From Haplodiscus bocki (Eukaryota): 64,000 nucleotides of DNA. The position numbers were made by a program, and so were the translations under genes. The stretch lies in contig OZ296657.1 of NCBI GenBank assembly GCA_965655095.1, positions 78,306,001 through 78,370,000 on the forward strand, given 5' to 3'. Shown piece after piece: positions 1 through 12,353 of the stretch. The notes beneath the pieces are model-generated. The model was not told where the DNA came from. It searched no databases and saw only the letters and a list, made by a program, of their open reading frames with translations. Within the stretch, counting starts at the first letter, position 1. The number at the start of each line of letters is the position of its first letter.

Positions 1-284
1 AACACAAAATCAGACTAATGACCTCTAAATAAAATTACAACACTTTCATGCCATGAGTAAACAGTTTTCCTGGAAATTAGCAAACAGCCATCACCTTGTG
101 AACCAGGAAAAAAGTACAGAAAGAAATGACCACTTCAACCAAGATCTGACAAGCGATGTAAGCTTCCCTCAAACAGCTGAATGCATGAGGAAAACCCATC
201 ATACAGTCATCTGAGGAAAATTCAAGCTGTGTTGTGAAAACATTGTACAAGGTCAGTTCTCCGTCAAAATTACGATGGCCAATC

Positions 285-3200
285 TGTAGAATTTTGAAAA
301 GTAGCTTTAACAATCGCCAAAGAGGAATAGAATCACTGAGGAGTTTTTCTACTATCTTTTTGAATTGCTCCTTACTACTCCTTTAAACACGTGTACCAGA
401 TCCACGAGACGGGGGATCGGCGGAGCATCCACAAAAAATTTAAATCTCCGAAAGAAAAGACAAGTATAATAATTCGGAGGCGGTGGGTAAGATGCGCTAA
501 GAAACGCGGTTCTGTCTTGATTCTTCTTTTAAGGGGTGTCTCGTAGCTCTTTGACTGTTAAATTAAAATTTTTCTCTCATGAGAAACTATCTCAAAGTTA
601 ATTAAATCACATAAAGTAATAGAAAAATACAATCATGCTAAATAATATCTTTCACTGAATAATACTTTTATGACTGGATAATACTTTGAGTAATATTATG
701 TTCACAGAACCAATAAACAAATCAGATCACACGGGGTTAAAAAGAACAGAATAATTCCCGAAGGAAGAATTGAAAGGTACTCAATCAACAATTGATTGAG
801 AATTTAAAGAAGTTGTATTTCAATAAATGCCGCCTTTCTCTAAAGTTCTTGGAGTGAAGCAAAACAGTCCCAGACTGCTATTTCTAACTAATCCACGGTT
901 CAGCCACCACTGGGGCCCAAATAAATCTCCAACCCGCGTCTCATGGCGTTAAAGACGAACATCTCAAAAAGAATCTGGCGAAGTCCAACTTCCCAATTCT
1001 GTCACGACAACAAACTATGATCCCGGATCACAATCTACCGTTAAAAAGTCCCGGACTCTCTAACAAGGGTTGATAAAGTAAATCTGCAATCTTTAGTCCC
1101 GGACTCAAAGACTCGTACTCTATCCGTTGACAGCAAAGAAGCAAACCGTTCTCTAGATTTCAACTAACTTTGTGCGCCTTGCACATTACTTTTTCGTTCG
1201 TCTTCGGGCGTATTTTCATCTAGTTAACTATTTTACTCATTCGTTTTACTCGTTTCCAATATTATCGCTTTTTGTTCTATTCGTCATCTATTACTAATGG
1301 AAAGTTCCATTTTTAGCAACTTTTTTGGCTTGCGGTACCATTCAATCACTTTCGGCATTACTGTCAATCATCCGGTTTTTCGTGTCCAATAATTTGTAAA
1401 ATGACTTATCGATTTTTCGCTAGTTATTTCGTTTATCTCACTTCGGTACAATAATCATCAGTTTTGGTACTACTCCCTGTTTGTTTTCCTTGCTTACGTC
1501 AGTTATGATTAATCGATTTTGGTCGTATCCACTGGCAAAACGCGGGTGTTAATATTGATTAAGAAAATTCCTCTTCGTTTCCACTCGTTTATGTCACCAT
1601 TTTGATTGACAACCTCTTTCGGTTGACATGTCAGCTTTTTAACTCGTCGCGTGTGACCAAGTGGTTCAAAAAGAAAAGGTTAAAATATCTTCCCTAACCA
1701 TTTCCATCATAACATCCATGCAAAAAGAAATGTCCGAAAAAAAACGTAAATTTTGTCTAAAATTCAACAATTAATTGTGTCTATCCTAAGCGTTATAAAT
1801 ATACAATGAGCAGATCATTACACGCAACATTTAATGTAGTTTTTGGCAACGTATACTTTGTTATAGTTATTTTCAGTATTGATTGTCGAAAAATGCAATT
1901 TTCTGAAAGTAGTCCAAATTCCTCAGCCGAAAAATCGATTTTTGGTCACTTTGAGGTCATTTTTCTCTACTTAAAAATCTTTCCCAGGGCGAGGGTGGTA
2001 TTTTCCTGTTAGCACATTCAAAGAGGAGTGTTTTAATGAAAAGATGAGCTCTCTAGCTGGTCTCAAAAAAAAGTTATTCAATTTTCCGCAAAAGTACTGA
2101 TTTTGGCCATTTTTGACTACCTGGGTCCACCTTCAAAGTCGATTTTCTCAACGTATAGGCAAAATTTCGAAAAATCCTTAGTCAGTTTCCTGGGGAAGTT
2201 ATAAGGAACATTGTGTTAATTTTTCAGCTTTCTATCTTCAAAAAGGTGCGGCGGGGGGGGCTAGCCGTTTTGCAAGTCGACATTTTCCAAAAGCCGTGAT
2301 TCTAGCTAGTTGCAGTTTTGTGGGGCGGCCAATTGTAGCTTGCTATGCCTGTTCTATTGTTATTTTCCATTCCTCCCAAAAATAAGCTTTTGATCGCTGT
2401 TATTATGGTCGATTTCTAATGGATATTCGTTAACTAATAGGCGAAAAACTGCGATTTTTGACGATTTTAGGCTAATTTGGGCATTTTTTGGCGATTTCTT
2501 CCTCAGTTCTCTAAAATGACTGAATATAATCAATTCATCTTTTCAGGGACATTAGTCCATCCGCTCAAATATCTTTCGTTTAAGACTAATACGAGCCTTT
2601 TCTGATGCGTGGTTCACTCAGAATAAGTTTTTAACTGAAGTCGATGTGGCCATTTCGGCAGTGCACTTTTCGTTTGCTACAATTTTTCAATATCTTAAAT
2701 TCGTCCGATTTTGCTCATCTTCCAAACTTAAGTTTTCCCATGGATGTAGTTTACAATAGTGAAAACCGTTTGTCGATATCTTTTTTGCATCTTCGAGAAA
2801 TAAGCAAGCAAACATTGGGGAACATTAAAAAAACAGGTCTAATTTTGAGCAGCGAGAGCGTAAATATGCTAATACGTGGGGTGGTGGCGGCCGTGCGCGT
2901 GGTCAAAATTCACTCCAAAAGCACTCCTATTGTATTCTTTTTGTATTCAAAACACTTTGTTTCCACTCCGCTTATTTTTCGTTTTCATTTTTCGACAACT
3001 TTTAATTTTCAGAATGCGGTGAAAATCACCCAACTTGTTCGTCTTGGAATTTAGTTTTCATTGGTGAAAACTGTTTTGCTCTATCTATAATAGTCTTCGA
3101 GAAAATGGACGTCAAAGTTGGGGTTCGAATTAGACCAAATTTTACATTTTACGCTGCTGTTGCTGTTTACTCGCGTAGAGCCTTTTCATTGGCTCTCATT

Positions 3201-3321
3201 TCACTAATATTCACGTTTATATCTTATATCTTAACGAGTACCTTTCAATTTAAGTAATTTTAGATGACAGTTAAAATTTAATAAACCTTCAAAGAAAAAA
3301 AACGATGGCACAAATCTCACA
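285..3321 (+). mobile_element. ~3.0-kb TG...CA element with 5-bp TSD, probable solo LTR (copy 1)
   Basis: Begins TGTAGAATTTTG and ends CAAATCTCACA. Flanked by CAATC at 280-284 and 3322-3326. AATAAA at 3280-3285. Aligns end to end with the reverse complement of 60459-63584. No credible ORF. Strand assignment is tentative. Confidence 0.85.
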
Positions 3322-3899
3322 CAATCCATGACCTGGCAATGTCCCCAGAACAACCATGCTGAAATGTTTGCATAACAAAACCAGGCCACTTTATGCCGAA
3401 AGGATGGGAAACACAAGTACTAGTGACCAGTCAGAAGCCACCTGAAGTGAAAGAGTTTCATCTGACGATGCAATTCGCTCTACTCACTTTTTGTAATTTC
3501 CAAATCTAATTCGATCGACAGTAAAGCAATGTCTGAAAGAAACCGGCGGTTTCAGATCACAGAAGCAACACTCAGAAACGGACCCTAAAGCATTTGGAAG
3601 ATTGACCATTCTTCAAAGACCTGGAGGCAGTCAGAAATTGTTTGACTAGACTGCATGCATCATCTGCCACCTTTGTTATTCCAGGTCCCGGCCATCGACC
3701 TCTTCTAATATACGCACCCGCGGACAATCTCTCATGGTTTTTGATGACCCATTGAGGAGTCTCCGGAAATTGCAGCTAAAGAAAAGAATCTTCTCCGAAG
3801 TCCAAAACAGACTGAGGAACAATAAAAGGTTCACCGTTTTGCCAGAAAACTGATAAAATTGACGAAGAAACTTGATCTCAACAAATCAGATTCTTTGTC

Positions 3900-6200
3900 A
3901 TATCAAAATTTGCATTTGGAGCCGGTCTTAAAACAACTCACATACTGTACCTCCCGTCCGCTGCAACAGAGAGAGCCAAACTCCACGGTGTGACAGACAG
4001 ACAACATGATAGTGTCGACATGGAGCAAAAGCAAAAAAACTCAAACTTACGCGGAAGACACGCCTACGGGAATCCCAAAAGCCGGGTTATTTTCTCAACG
4101 TCCAGCAGGCCCCCAGAGAACAAAAACATATGAAGATAGTAGGCATCAAGAGGCTCTACAATAACGAAACTAGCTGATGCCTCGTGTTGGTCTCCACAAA
4201 ATCAATCATCAAGCTGTTAGGGACACAACCTTGCCTTTTCGAAGATTTGACATGCGTTTTCAACCTTTGTATGTTAAAAAACCAAATGGGATTCACCCTT
4301 TTTATTATATTCTTTTTTGCATTATCCGAAAAAGTGGCTCTACGTCCGCTGATCACCGTGTCCGATTTCTGGGACGGCACTGCTTGCAGGGAGGTGGTAA
4401 GTAAGTTAGGCCGCCGAGACTGCGGCAGTCAAATTGCGTAGGAAGCCATGCTGGATGTGATTGTACACAACATTGAACTATCTAGAACACTACTTCCACT
4501 CGAGATATTGAACGATGATACCATATTCACCTGCATTTGCGCATTACGCTCCGTCTTTCCAGGTTGCTGATGCAGAACATTCCTCCTCAAAAATTCCAAC
4601 TGACTACGGACGACTGAGCTTCATTCAACTACTGACACAAGAGGGCAGCTCAATATAGGCACCGGTGGGACACATCACCTAGGAAGATCGATTGGTTTCA
4701 GGCCAATGTTTGGTTTGCGGAACGCAGGAACACGTTAGAAGCCAAACTATCGCGAGGGAAAAATTGTCGGAGATAAAAGTCTTCCTCTCGTTCTGTGATG
4801 GATTCGACAGAGAGCGATATTGGACAGCTATTTCTTCGAGCCGCTTGATGCAGCCAGATGCCACGAAGTTCGGCATGAACTTTATCGCGAAAGAGTCAAA
4901 GCAACAGATTGAGGACTTGCTTAATGAAGGAACTTACTTGTCATGGCATCAGTGTCAGCAACAGTAGACTTTGTACGAATTGCCAATAAAATTGAGAGTT
5001 ACCGTAGACGAAAAAAAGATACTCCTCAGACGTAATTGCTTTTCCACCTACCTTTATCGGACGCACATAACAAGTTCTTGTTGATGAGAATAAAAAGTTT
5101 GAGCAACGCATAGACCAATGCCCTTAGCTAAACTGTACCAAAAATGGTGCTTCATATACCAAAAATGCGTGCCCAGGAAAGTTTTTAATCGTTTTCGAAC
5201 ATTTGACTACTTCAGGCCTCCCAGAGAGCAACTTCATTTTTAGGCCTCTTTTCAAGAAGATCCAATCCCAGGTACTTATTTAGGTGACGATCATAAACAA
5301 GTGAAGGACAACAGAGCTAAAACTGCCAGAGCAACCACCTGGAATTTCAACAACTGAAATGCTTTGGATACACTCCATAGTAGTATGTACTTCTGTATTG
5401 TTCGAAACGGCAAAAAGACGAAATTTGGAAGATATTGTTCCAGGATTAATGATGCGCCCGTGGATATTTGAGCTAATGATGTTAGACAATGAGGATTGAT
5501 TGGCCAACTGTGAACCAGTCACGTTTAGCATCTCTGGTGGAGTTATGACTCTGAGTTACGCAACCAGACCCCACATCAGCGTGGTTAAACAAAATATGTG
5601 GAACTTCCTGTCATTCATTGACGGCATCAGAAATCCTACTTTAGACAAACGTTTGGCAAGACTGAAGTTATCCTTAGTTTTAACAATCATCGAAGTGCCT
5701 TGACCAACTGCCAAGAAATAGAAAAATGAGGAGTAGTTTTTGCAATCGGAAACCCAACAAAAAACCAACTTACAAGATCGCTGAAACGATTGACAATCTC
5801 GTAAGGATATTGGTAGCTTATATAGAGCTTGAGCTGGACAAATGATCAAGTAAAAGCATTTCTGTATAGGTAACTTAGGGCCTATGGAAGTTCCCCTGCA
5901 GGATAGTTGCCGCAGACTGATTTCCCCTATAAGGAGTACAGACAAACAATGCCTTCCATCGATACCAAGCATCATTACGATCAACCTGAAGACTTTGAAA
6001 CGTTTTGTCATTTGGATGACCCACGAGTGTACCAGAGGGAAGAGCATGGCAATACGATTCTACGAAAAATGGTGCTAGGGCATCAGATTTCTGTATTGAA
6101 CCGATCCAGTCATGTGTCCGTACGAGGACAATTCCGCAAACAAGCTTTTGATATTCGAAACCGGAAAAATTCTGCATCCTTCAAGAGGACATCCCACTGA
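3900..6200 (+). pseudogene. Decayed coding-like sequence of unknown (possibly viral or transposon) origin
   Basis: A run of short plus-strand ORF pieces with protein-like composition (4184-4441, 4692-4967, 5500-5703, 5907-6200), broken by stops and frameshifts. No splice structure and no recognisable domain. Confidence 0.3.
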
Positions 6201-7447
6201 AAAGTGGAATCTTTTAAGGAATATACTAAAGTAACTCTTAAAAAATGGCCATTGGCCTCCCTGTGGAAGATAAGTTTGTAAGCGAACAGCAAGTAAGCAA
6301 GTAAAGGAAAATTTTTCAAACTGAAACAAAACGTTCATTGGAAAATTCTCAGAGACGTTGCATTTTAGTTGACAGTGACTTTTTTCTACCCACACCTCAC
6401 TTGCTCCTTTGAGCCCCCAGATTAGCCTCACAGACTTTTATGTTGCAATTTGTGTTACAGAAATCCGGCCCAGCTCACGGTTTGAATTTTGGTCTTTTGT
6501 TGCTGTTCCCTTGATGTATGCCCTCAGTTGCCTTAGCATCATATCGCCACATTTAGTGCTCAGTTCTATCGTCACTAGCCAAGTGCGACCAAGGAGGAAA
6601 AAATTTTCAACGACTTAGTAAAAAAAATAGGAGACACGCATCAATGGAAGAAAAAAAATTATTGTGATCAATTTTTTTTACAAAAAAAAACGTTTGAGTC
6701 AACCCTTCTCTTAAGCAATATTTCTTAAGCAAAAAAGACAACAATAAAAGTAGGTCGCAAAACAGCAACACACTTACATGACCTAAAACCTACATGACTG
6801 CCCACTGCACCCTTCAACAACTTGACACTGCGGAAAATCAAGTGCTCTGTGTACTTGAATCCAAATCAACTCAGCTGCAACATCCTTAAGCTAACGAAAG
6901 AAAAAATCTTTTCAAGCCTCAGACGAGGAACCCGTTGGCCCGGGGAGTGGTTCAATGGAAAGCCTACTGCAATGATTTTGAGTGGCTCTGTAGAAATTAT
7001 TTTAAGAAATCGGAAGTCAGTTTTCAGTGGTTCTTCAGGTTACTGGGCTGGAAAAAAGCAATGAAAAGTCGTAAGTTGGGGAAACAACCCATCAGCGCTT
7101 TTTTTCGAGAGCTTAAAACCCACAGAGGAGAAAAGAATTTCTTACAGATTCAGAATAGTTATCTCAACTTTTTACCTTTTGAATATTATTGGTTTAATCT
7201 ACGGAATATCTCAGAACAGTTAATTACTGAGTAGATGTGACCAACTTAAAGAGTCAGGCAGCCAGAAGATTTACATGGCAGCTTGTAGTTTCAGGGCCGT
7301 GTGTTCTAGGCCTAAAAGTTGCTATGTTAAATATCTCACCGCCTTAGAAGTACACTCGTTTTTCTATTTATATTCGCAAAAGTTCCCAGAGACCTGCACG
7401 TCAAACCAGGTCACATTGTTAAAAATAACGAAAGGTTAAGAGGGTTT

Positions 7448-9435
7448 CCCGGGTCGAACTTTTTGGGAAGATGCCGGTATTTTTCCGGTATAGTGGCGTA
7501 AATGCCACTATCGCGTTAACTTTCTAGCAAACGACGTTGACGCCTTTATACCAACGAGGAACGCTGTTAACGCCTTTAGCATTCCGGTTGAACGCTGTCA
7601 ACACTGTTAAACGCTGTTATACCACAAAAAACAACATGCGTCTACAAAAATTCTCTTTAGATGAAGAATCAAAAACTCAATGTCAATCGAAAAACTTTTA
7701 GACAAAGGGTTGTGAAGCTTTCAGAGCAATTTTTCCTGGGACGTGTGGTGAAACCAATGGGGCTTGGCTTCTTCTGGGCCTAAACGTGGCGGCAAAGCTA
7801 ATGTCAGTGAACGTGTCATGACCAAGCGAAAAAAAAACAAAACTTAGTTGAACTTAGTATGGTTTGATTTTTTTGGTCCGAATCCTGCAAAACACCCGAC
7901 AGTTTCAATCAGAAAACATCGCTACAGTTTTTTTTTTTAAAATCCCAGAATGCAAATTCTTTCTGTATTTGTTATTCTCTGGGCCCTTGTGTTCCTGTAG
8001 ATCGTTTTACGATGGAAATATACGAATAATAAAGTTTTCATTCATTTCGTTGCCTGAAGTTTTTCGATGGTTTTTAGATAAAAACCATTATAATGGACGT
8101 TGTACAATTTTTGAATATTCTCTGCAGTGAAGTTGCTTTGATGTTCACTTCCACGTGGTAACCTGCAAGTAACAGTCACCAGGTTACAACGAGCTATGGC
8201 TACAAATGTGGAACAAAAAAAGCTAAAATTCCGGAAGTTTTTATCTGAAATCTTTTTCTAAGCTTTCTTCAGTTTAGTTCACCCTGGTTATGCAGTCTTT
8301 AAGACTTTTGTCGTTCATTAAGACCTCGTTCTCATGTCTTTGGTTTCCTTTAGCCAAACAGCCAATGTAAACTTCTCGTTTTTTTCCGTTGCCTGAAATC
8401 TTCAAATGTGTATCAGATGAGACTCTTGCTTTTGTTTTCAATTTTTGTTTTTTTTTCTGCATGCATCATGCATTGAGTTTACACCTGCAAATGGTAGCTA
8501 TACAAATGTCATTGATCGCGTTTTTATATGAAACCCACGTTTACAGAAGATCCTTCAATTTTGTAATTTTTCCCGCAGTTATTGGGCTTCGACTTTGCAC
8601 CTGCGCGCAGTAGCCTTGCTAGTGTCAATGACGATGTCATGACCTGCTAAGACTACAGAAAAGTTGAGCATGTGGACACTTGACTTCTCGGCTGGAGTCT
8701 TGCAAAAATTCCTACAGTTTCAGTCGGATTGCTTTTCCAAAGTTTTCGTAAAGTTTCTTTCATTGTTGTTTCAAGGCTCTTGTTTATGTTTTAGTCATAG
8801 GCCCATGTGTTCCTGTGGGTTGCTTTCCGATGTAGAAATTGTATTTTTTAGTTTTTTTTTGTCTGAAATTTTCAAATGACTTTTTATATGAAACCCAAGT
8901 TTATAGAAGACCCTTCATTTTTGATGTTTTTTTTGCAATGATGAGGCTTTGACTTTGCACAGGCACGCGGTAATTCTGCGAGTGTCACTGATCAAGGCAC
9001 AAACATCGAACAGTACACAAAAGTTGAACATGTAAATTCTGGAATTGCTAGTTCGTGGCTAGCTCCAAGTTTCCGACTGGTATAATTTTAACAAGGTTCT
9101 TCTTTTGCTTTACAGTTTCATATTTTGCTGCTATAAGTCGAACTTGTTCCTTCTGAGACGCTGTTTTTTGCTCTAGCTGGTTGCATCCGGAGAGATCAAG
9201 CTTTTAGATGTTGTAAGTATAATGACGGAGTAGATGGTCGCCGTTCTTTTCCGGGACACCAGCGTTAAAAGTTTGCCGGTGTTTTGCTCGTATAGCAGCG
9301 GAAATTACTGCCGCTACTTTTTCGCTAAAACGCCGTTAACGCTGCTATTTTTTGGGTTAACGCCGTTAACGTCGCTAATTTTGACCGCCGTTGACGCCCT
9401 TGTACCGAAAAAAATGGACAATATTTCGACCCGGG
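7448..9435. mobile_element. Non-autonomous DNA transposon, CMC/EnSpm-like
   Basis: Perfect 11-bp terminal inverted repeats (TIRs) CCCGGGTCGAA / TTCGACCCGGG with TT(T) on both flanks. Subterminal arrays of CGCYGTTAAC-like motifs at both ends. Internal ~360-bp-period duplication (8521 vs 8881). No transposase ORF. Confidence 0.7.
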
Positions 9436-12293
9436 TTTCCGGGGTTCAAAAATTGAGTCATCTGTCACTTAGGCTTATGTATTAGGAGCTGTCAGAGGTT
9501 TCCCTTACAAAATCATTTTGGTTCCCAAATTATTCGAATTTTACAATGCTTCATAGGGTTATCTGAATATTTTATTTCCCAAATTTTGGAATTTTTACTA
9601 TTCCTGTTCGTTACTAGGATAAGAGCTGTTCTGATTGTTCAAGATCATCATTTCAAGACAAGAGCAGCAAAAAAATAATTTCTGTATTTTATCTTTCTGC
9701 ACAGATGAAACATGACAGTGAATTGAGCGATTCTCGCAGTAGTTTAGAAGAAGCAGCTGATGAGTTTGAAATGAAAGAATCGGCCATGGTTTCTGCCCTG
9801 AAGAAACAGTTTGAAGAGTTTTCCAGAGTTGATACAGCCAGAAGAAACAAGAAGGATGTAAATCGAGAGATCTACATTTAACCAATGATCCTCCATTTGC
9901 AGTGAAAATAATTTCTATTGCCTTCAAAATATTGTGAAATGACTGTTAGCTTTGTGTAACCATCAAGAAAGCTCTATTCAGATTAAACAAAAAAAAATAA
10001 ATTATGCTTACTTTGAAGAAGCAGAGGACAACTAATGCTCCAGTTCAAAACTGGGTTAAATAAAGAGTTATTATGTGGAGAGCAATTTATCTGGCACTAC
10101 CAAAAATATTTGCTGTCGGTCGCTTTTTAGTGCTTCGAAAAAACTTGGTTTTACAAAACAAAGGATACTTCGGAGAGGAGTTATATTTGTTGATTACAAA
10201 TTTCAATGCCCGGGTTTACCATCATACAAAAAACAAGGAAATCATAAAAAGTCATATATGGAGACCTATGAAAACATTAAAGTCATAGAAAGTACCATAG
10301 AAGTGAATGATAACATGGAAGTCATAAAAAGACTATACTATAGTATGATTCCATGCAAGCCATACACTGTACCATAAGTATGGCCATAGTATGGAAGAGC
10401 ATGCAAAAATTTTATCAGATTATGATAACGTATTCTAGTGAACAAAAATTTGACTTCAAAAACTCATGGAAAACTTTACATTAAAGTGTGAAGTTCAAAA
10501 CTTCTGGTAATAATATGACGGGAACATACTAAATGCCATTTACGTGCATTTTTGGTTGCCTAAAATTAAAAGTGAGATTTTGTCAAATCCCAGCCCGAAA
10601 AATATAGTCTAGAGTGATGTAGTGTTGGACCAACTACGACAATGGTCTAAGTCTTTCTATGCTAGGAAAAGCGCGGCAAGTTAAACTCTGAAAGTTGCTG
10701 ACGGGCCTTCCCCTTGGGTTTTGAACTTCTGAAGACCTTTGAATTACTTGGATCTATGTAATTAACAAATTACAAGCTGTTTGTCGAAAAAAAATCAAGC
10801 AAAAAATGAAATTCATTGCATGATCATACAAAAAGAACATTTAAGTCATTAACTGACCATACAAGTTTCTGGCTGACAGACGTTCCACACTATGACCATA
10901 GAAAAAAATACCGGAAAGTAATGGCAAAACCAAAGGCTGTTTTTTTTGTTTGGCACTTTATGTGCATAGCATGATTTGCATGTCAGGTCAAACAGTGTGA
11001 ATAATAATTCTACAAACATTATTGTTTTCTAATCTGTAACTACAGTCGCAACTTTCTGCTGTTCATCTGCTGCTCAAGATCATTTTCAATTGTTGGGTTT
11101 TCAATTGACATCTGTTAGCAAAACTAAGATTACGTAACATGTAATGTTGAATTCAAACAAGCCAAACAATCAACTGGCTCATTCTCAATCTTTCTGAGCT
11201 GCTAGTCAAGTATTTTCTTGAGTTGCATAAAGATATGCGTTCCCATGTTTCAAAAATCCAGTTTATTTAAGCCCAACTTGATAGAGACGACCTGGTAACG
11301 AACTACTTTTTTGGGACTTTGGAACTCGTGATTACCTGGATTTATTCAATATCTTCACTTCAATCCCAAAAATCCAATCAAGATCCAAAGATTGACTCCA
11401 TCGTATGTCCTTTTCAGCTTCATCGTATAATTATATCATCATCGATTTTCGCAACTTTTCACGGATATCTAATAGTGAGCCTAGAAAAAACTATGAGGAG
11501 CGTTCGCACAGGTGTACCGTGGAAAAACGCTCGCCATCCTCAAAGATTTTTGGAGGCGTAGATCTACAAACAGAGTGTGTGAGCCTTGTTCCTGTCTAAC
11601 TATGTTCCGGATTAGAAACTAGGCCCTGTGCCAAGATGCTGACTGAAAACTGAGTCAATCTCCAAGATAACATATTGTAAAAAAAAATTGTGGGCAACTT
11701 ATCAAACTTTCATTACCAACAAACGAGGTCGAGTATCTTTTAATGCAACCTCATCATTTGCTGTTCTTTCTAACAAAGAAACTTTTCGATGAATATTTCC
11801 GACCCTTCTTTGAAAAAGTCGATAATACAACTCGAGCAAAGGTTGTGGCTGGATGTCTTCGCATGAGTTTATTGTGGCTGGCTGTCGTCAACTTCGGATG
11901 CAGATTTTCTCTTCTCACATGCTTTGTCCGGCCGGCATTTCAAACTTCCCAGATACTTTTCGAAACCATTCAAACATGTGTGGTAGTACCGCTGAGATGA
12001 TATAGCAGCACAATGCAATCCCATATCTAATTTTAGATTTCCTAGTTCAGTAAAATATGCCTCACTACTTGAGCGTCCCCCTAGATTTCAGGATTAACAG
12101 TTGTGACAAACACACAACGGTCAACTTTTATGGTCCTACCGTAAACATTTTGATCTAGGTTCAACACTTTCTAAAGCTTCAAACGAAGGAAGATACGCCG
12201 AAGAAGAATAGATCTTGGCGAATGAAACAATTAACAACTCGTCAGAAAAGCAATTTGTTTTTTAACCAGTCGCGTTTCAGACAACTAACGGGG

Positions 12294-12353
<60 letters not shown>
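12294..12353. repeat. (TC)n microsatellite
   Basis: About 30 TC units with two interruptions. Confidence 0.97.

Noticed and set aside
1806-3054. ORFs inside the LTR-like element (and 60748-61746 in copy 2)
   Set aside because: They are not preserved between the two copies, have F/L/S/K-biased composition, and show no domain.
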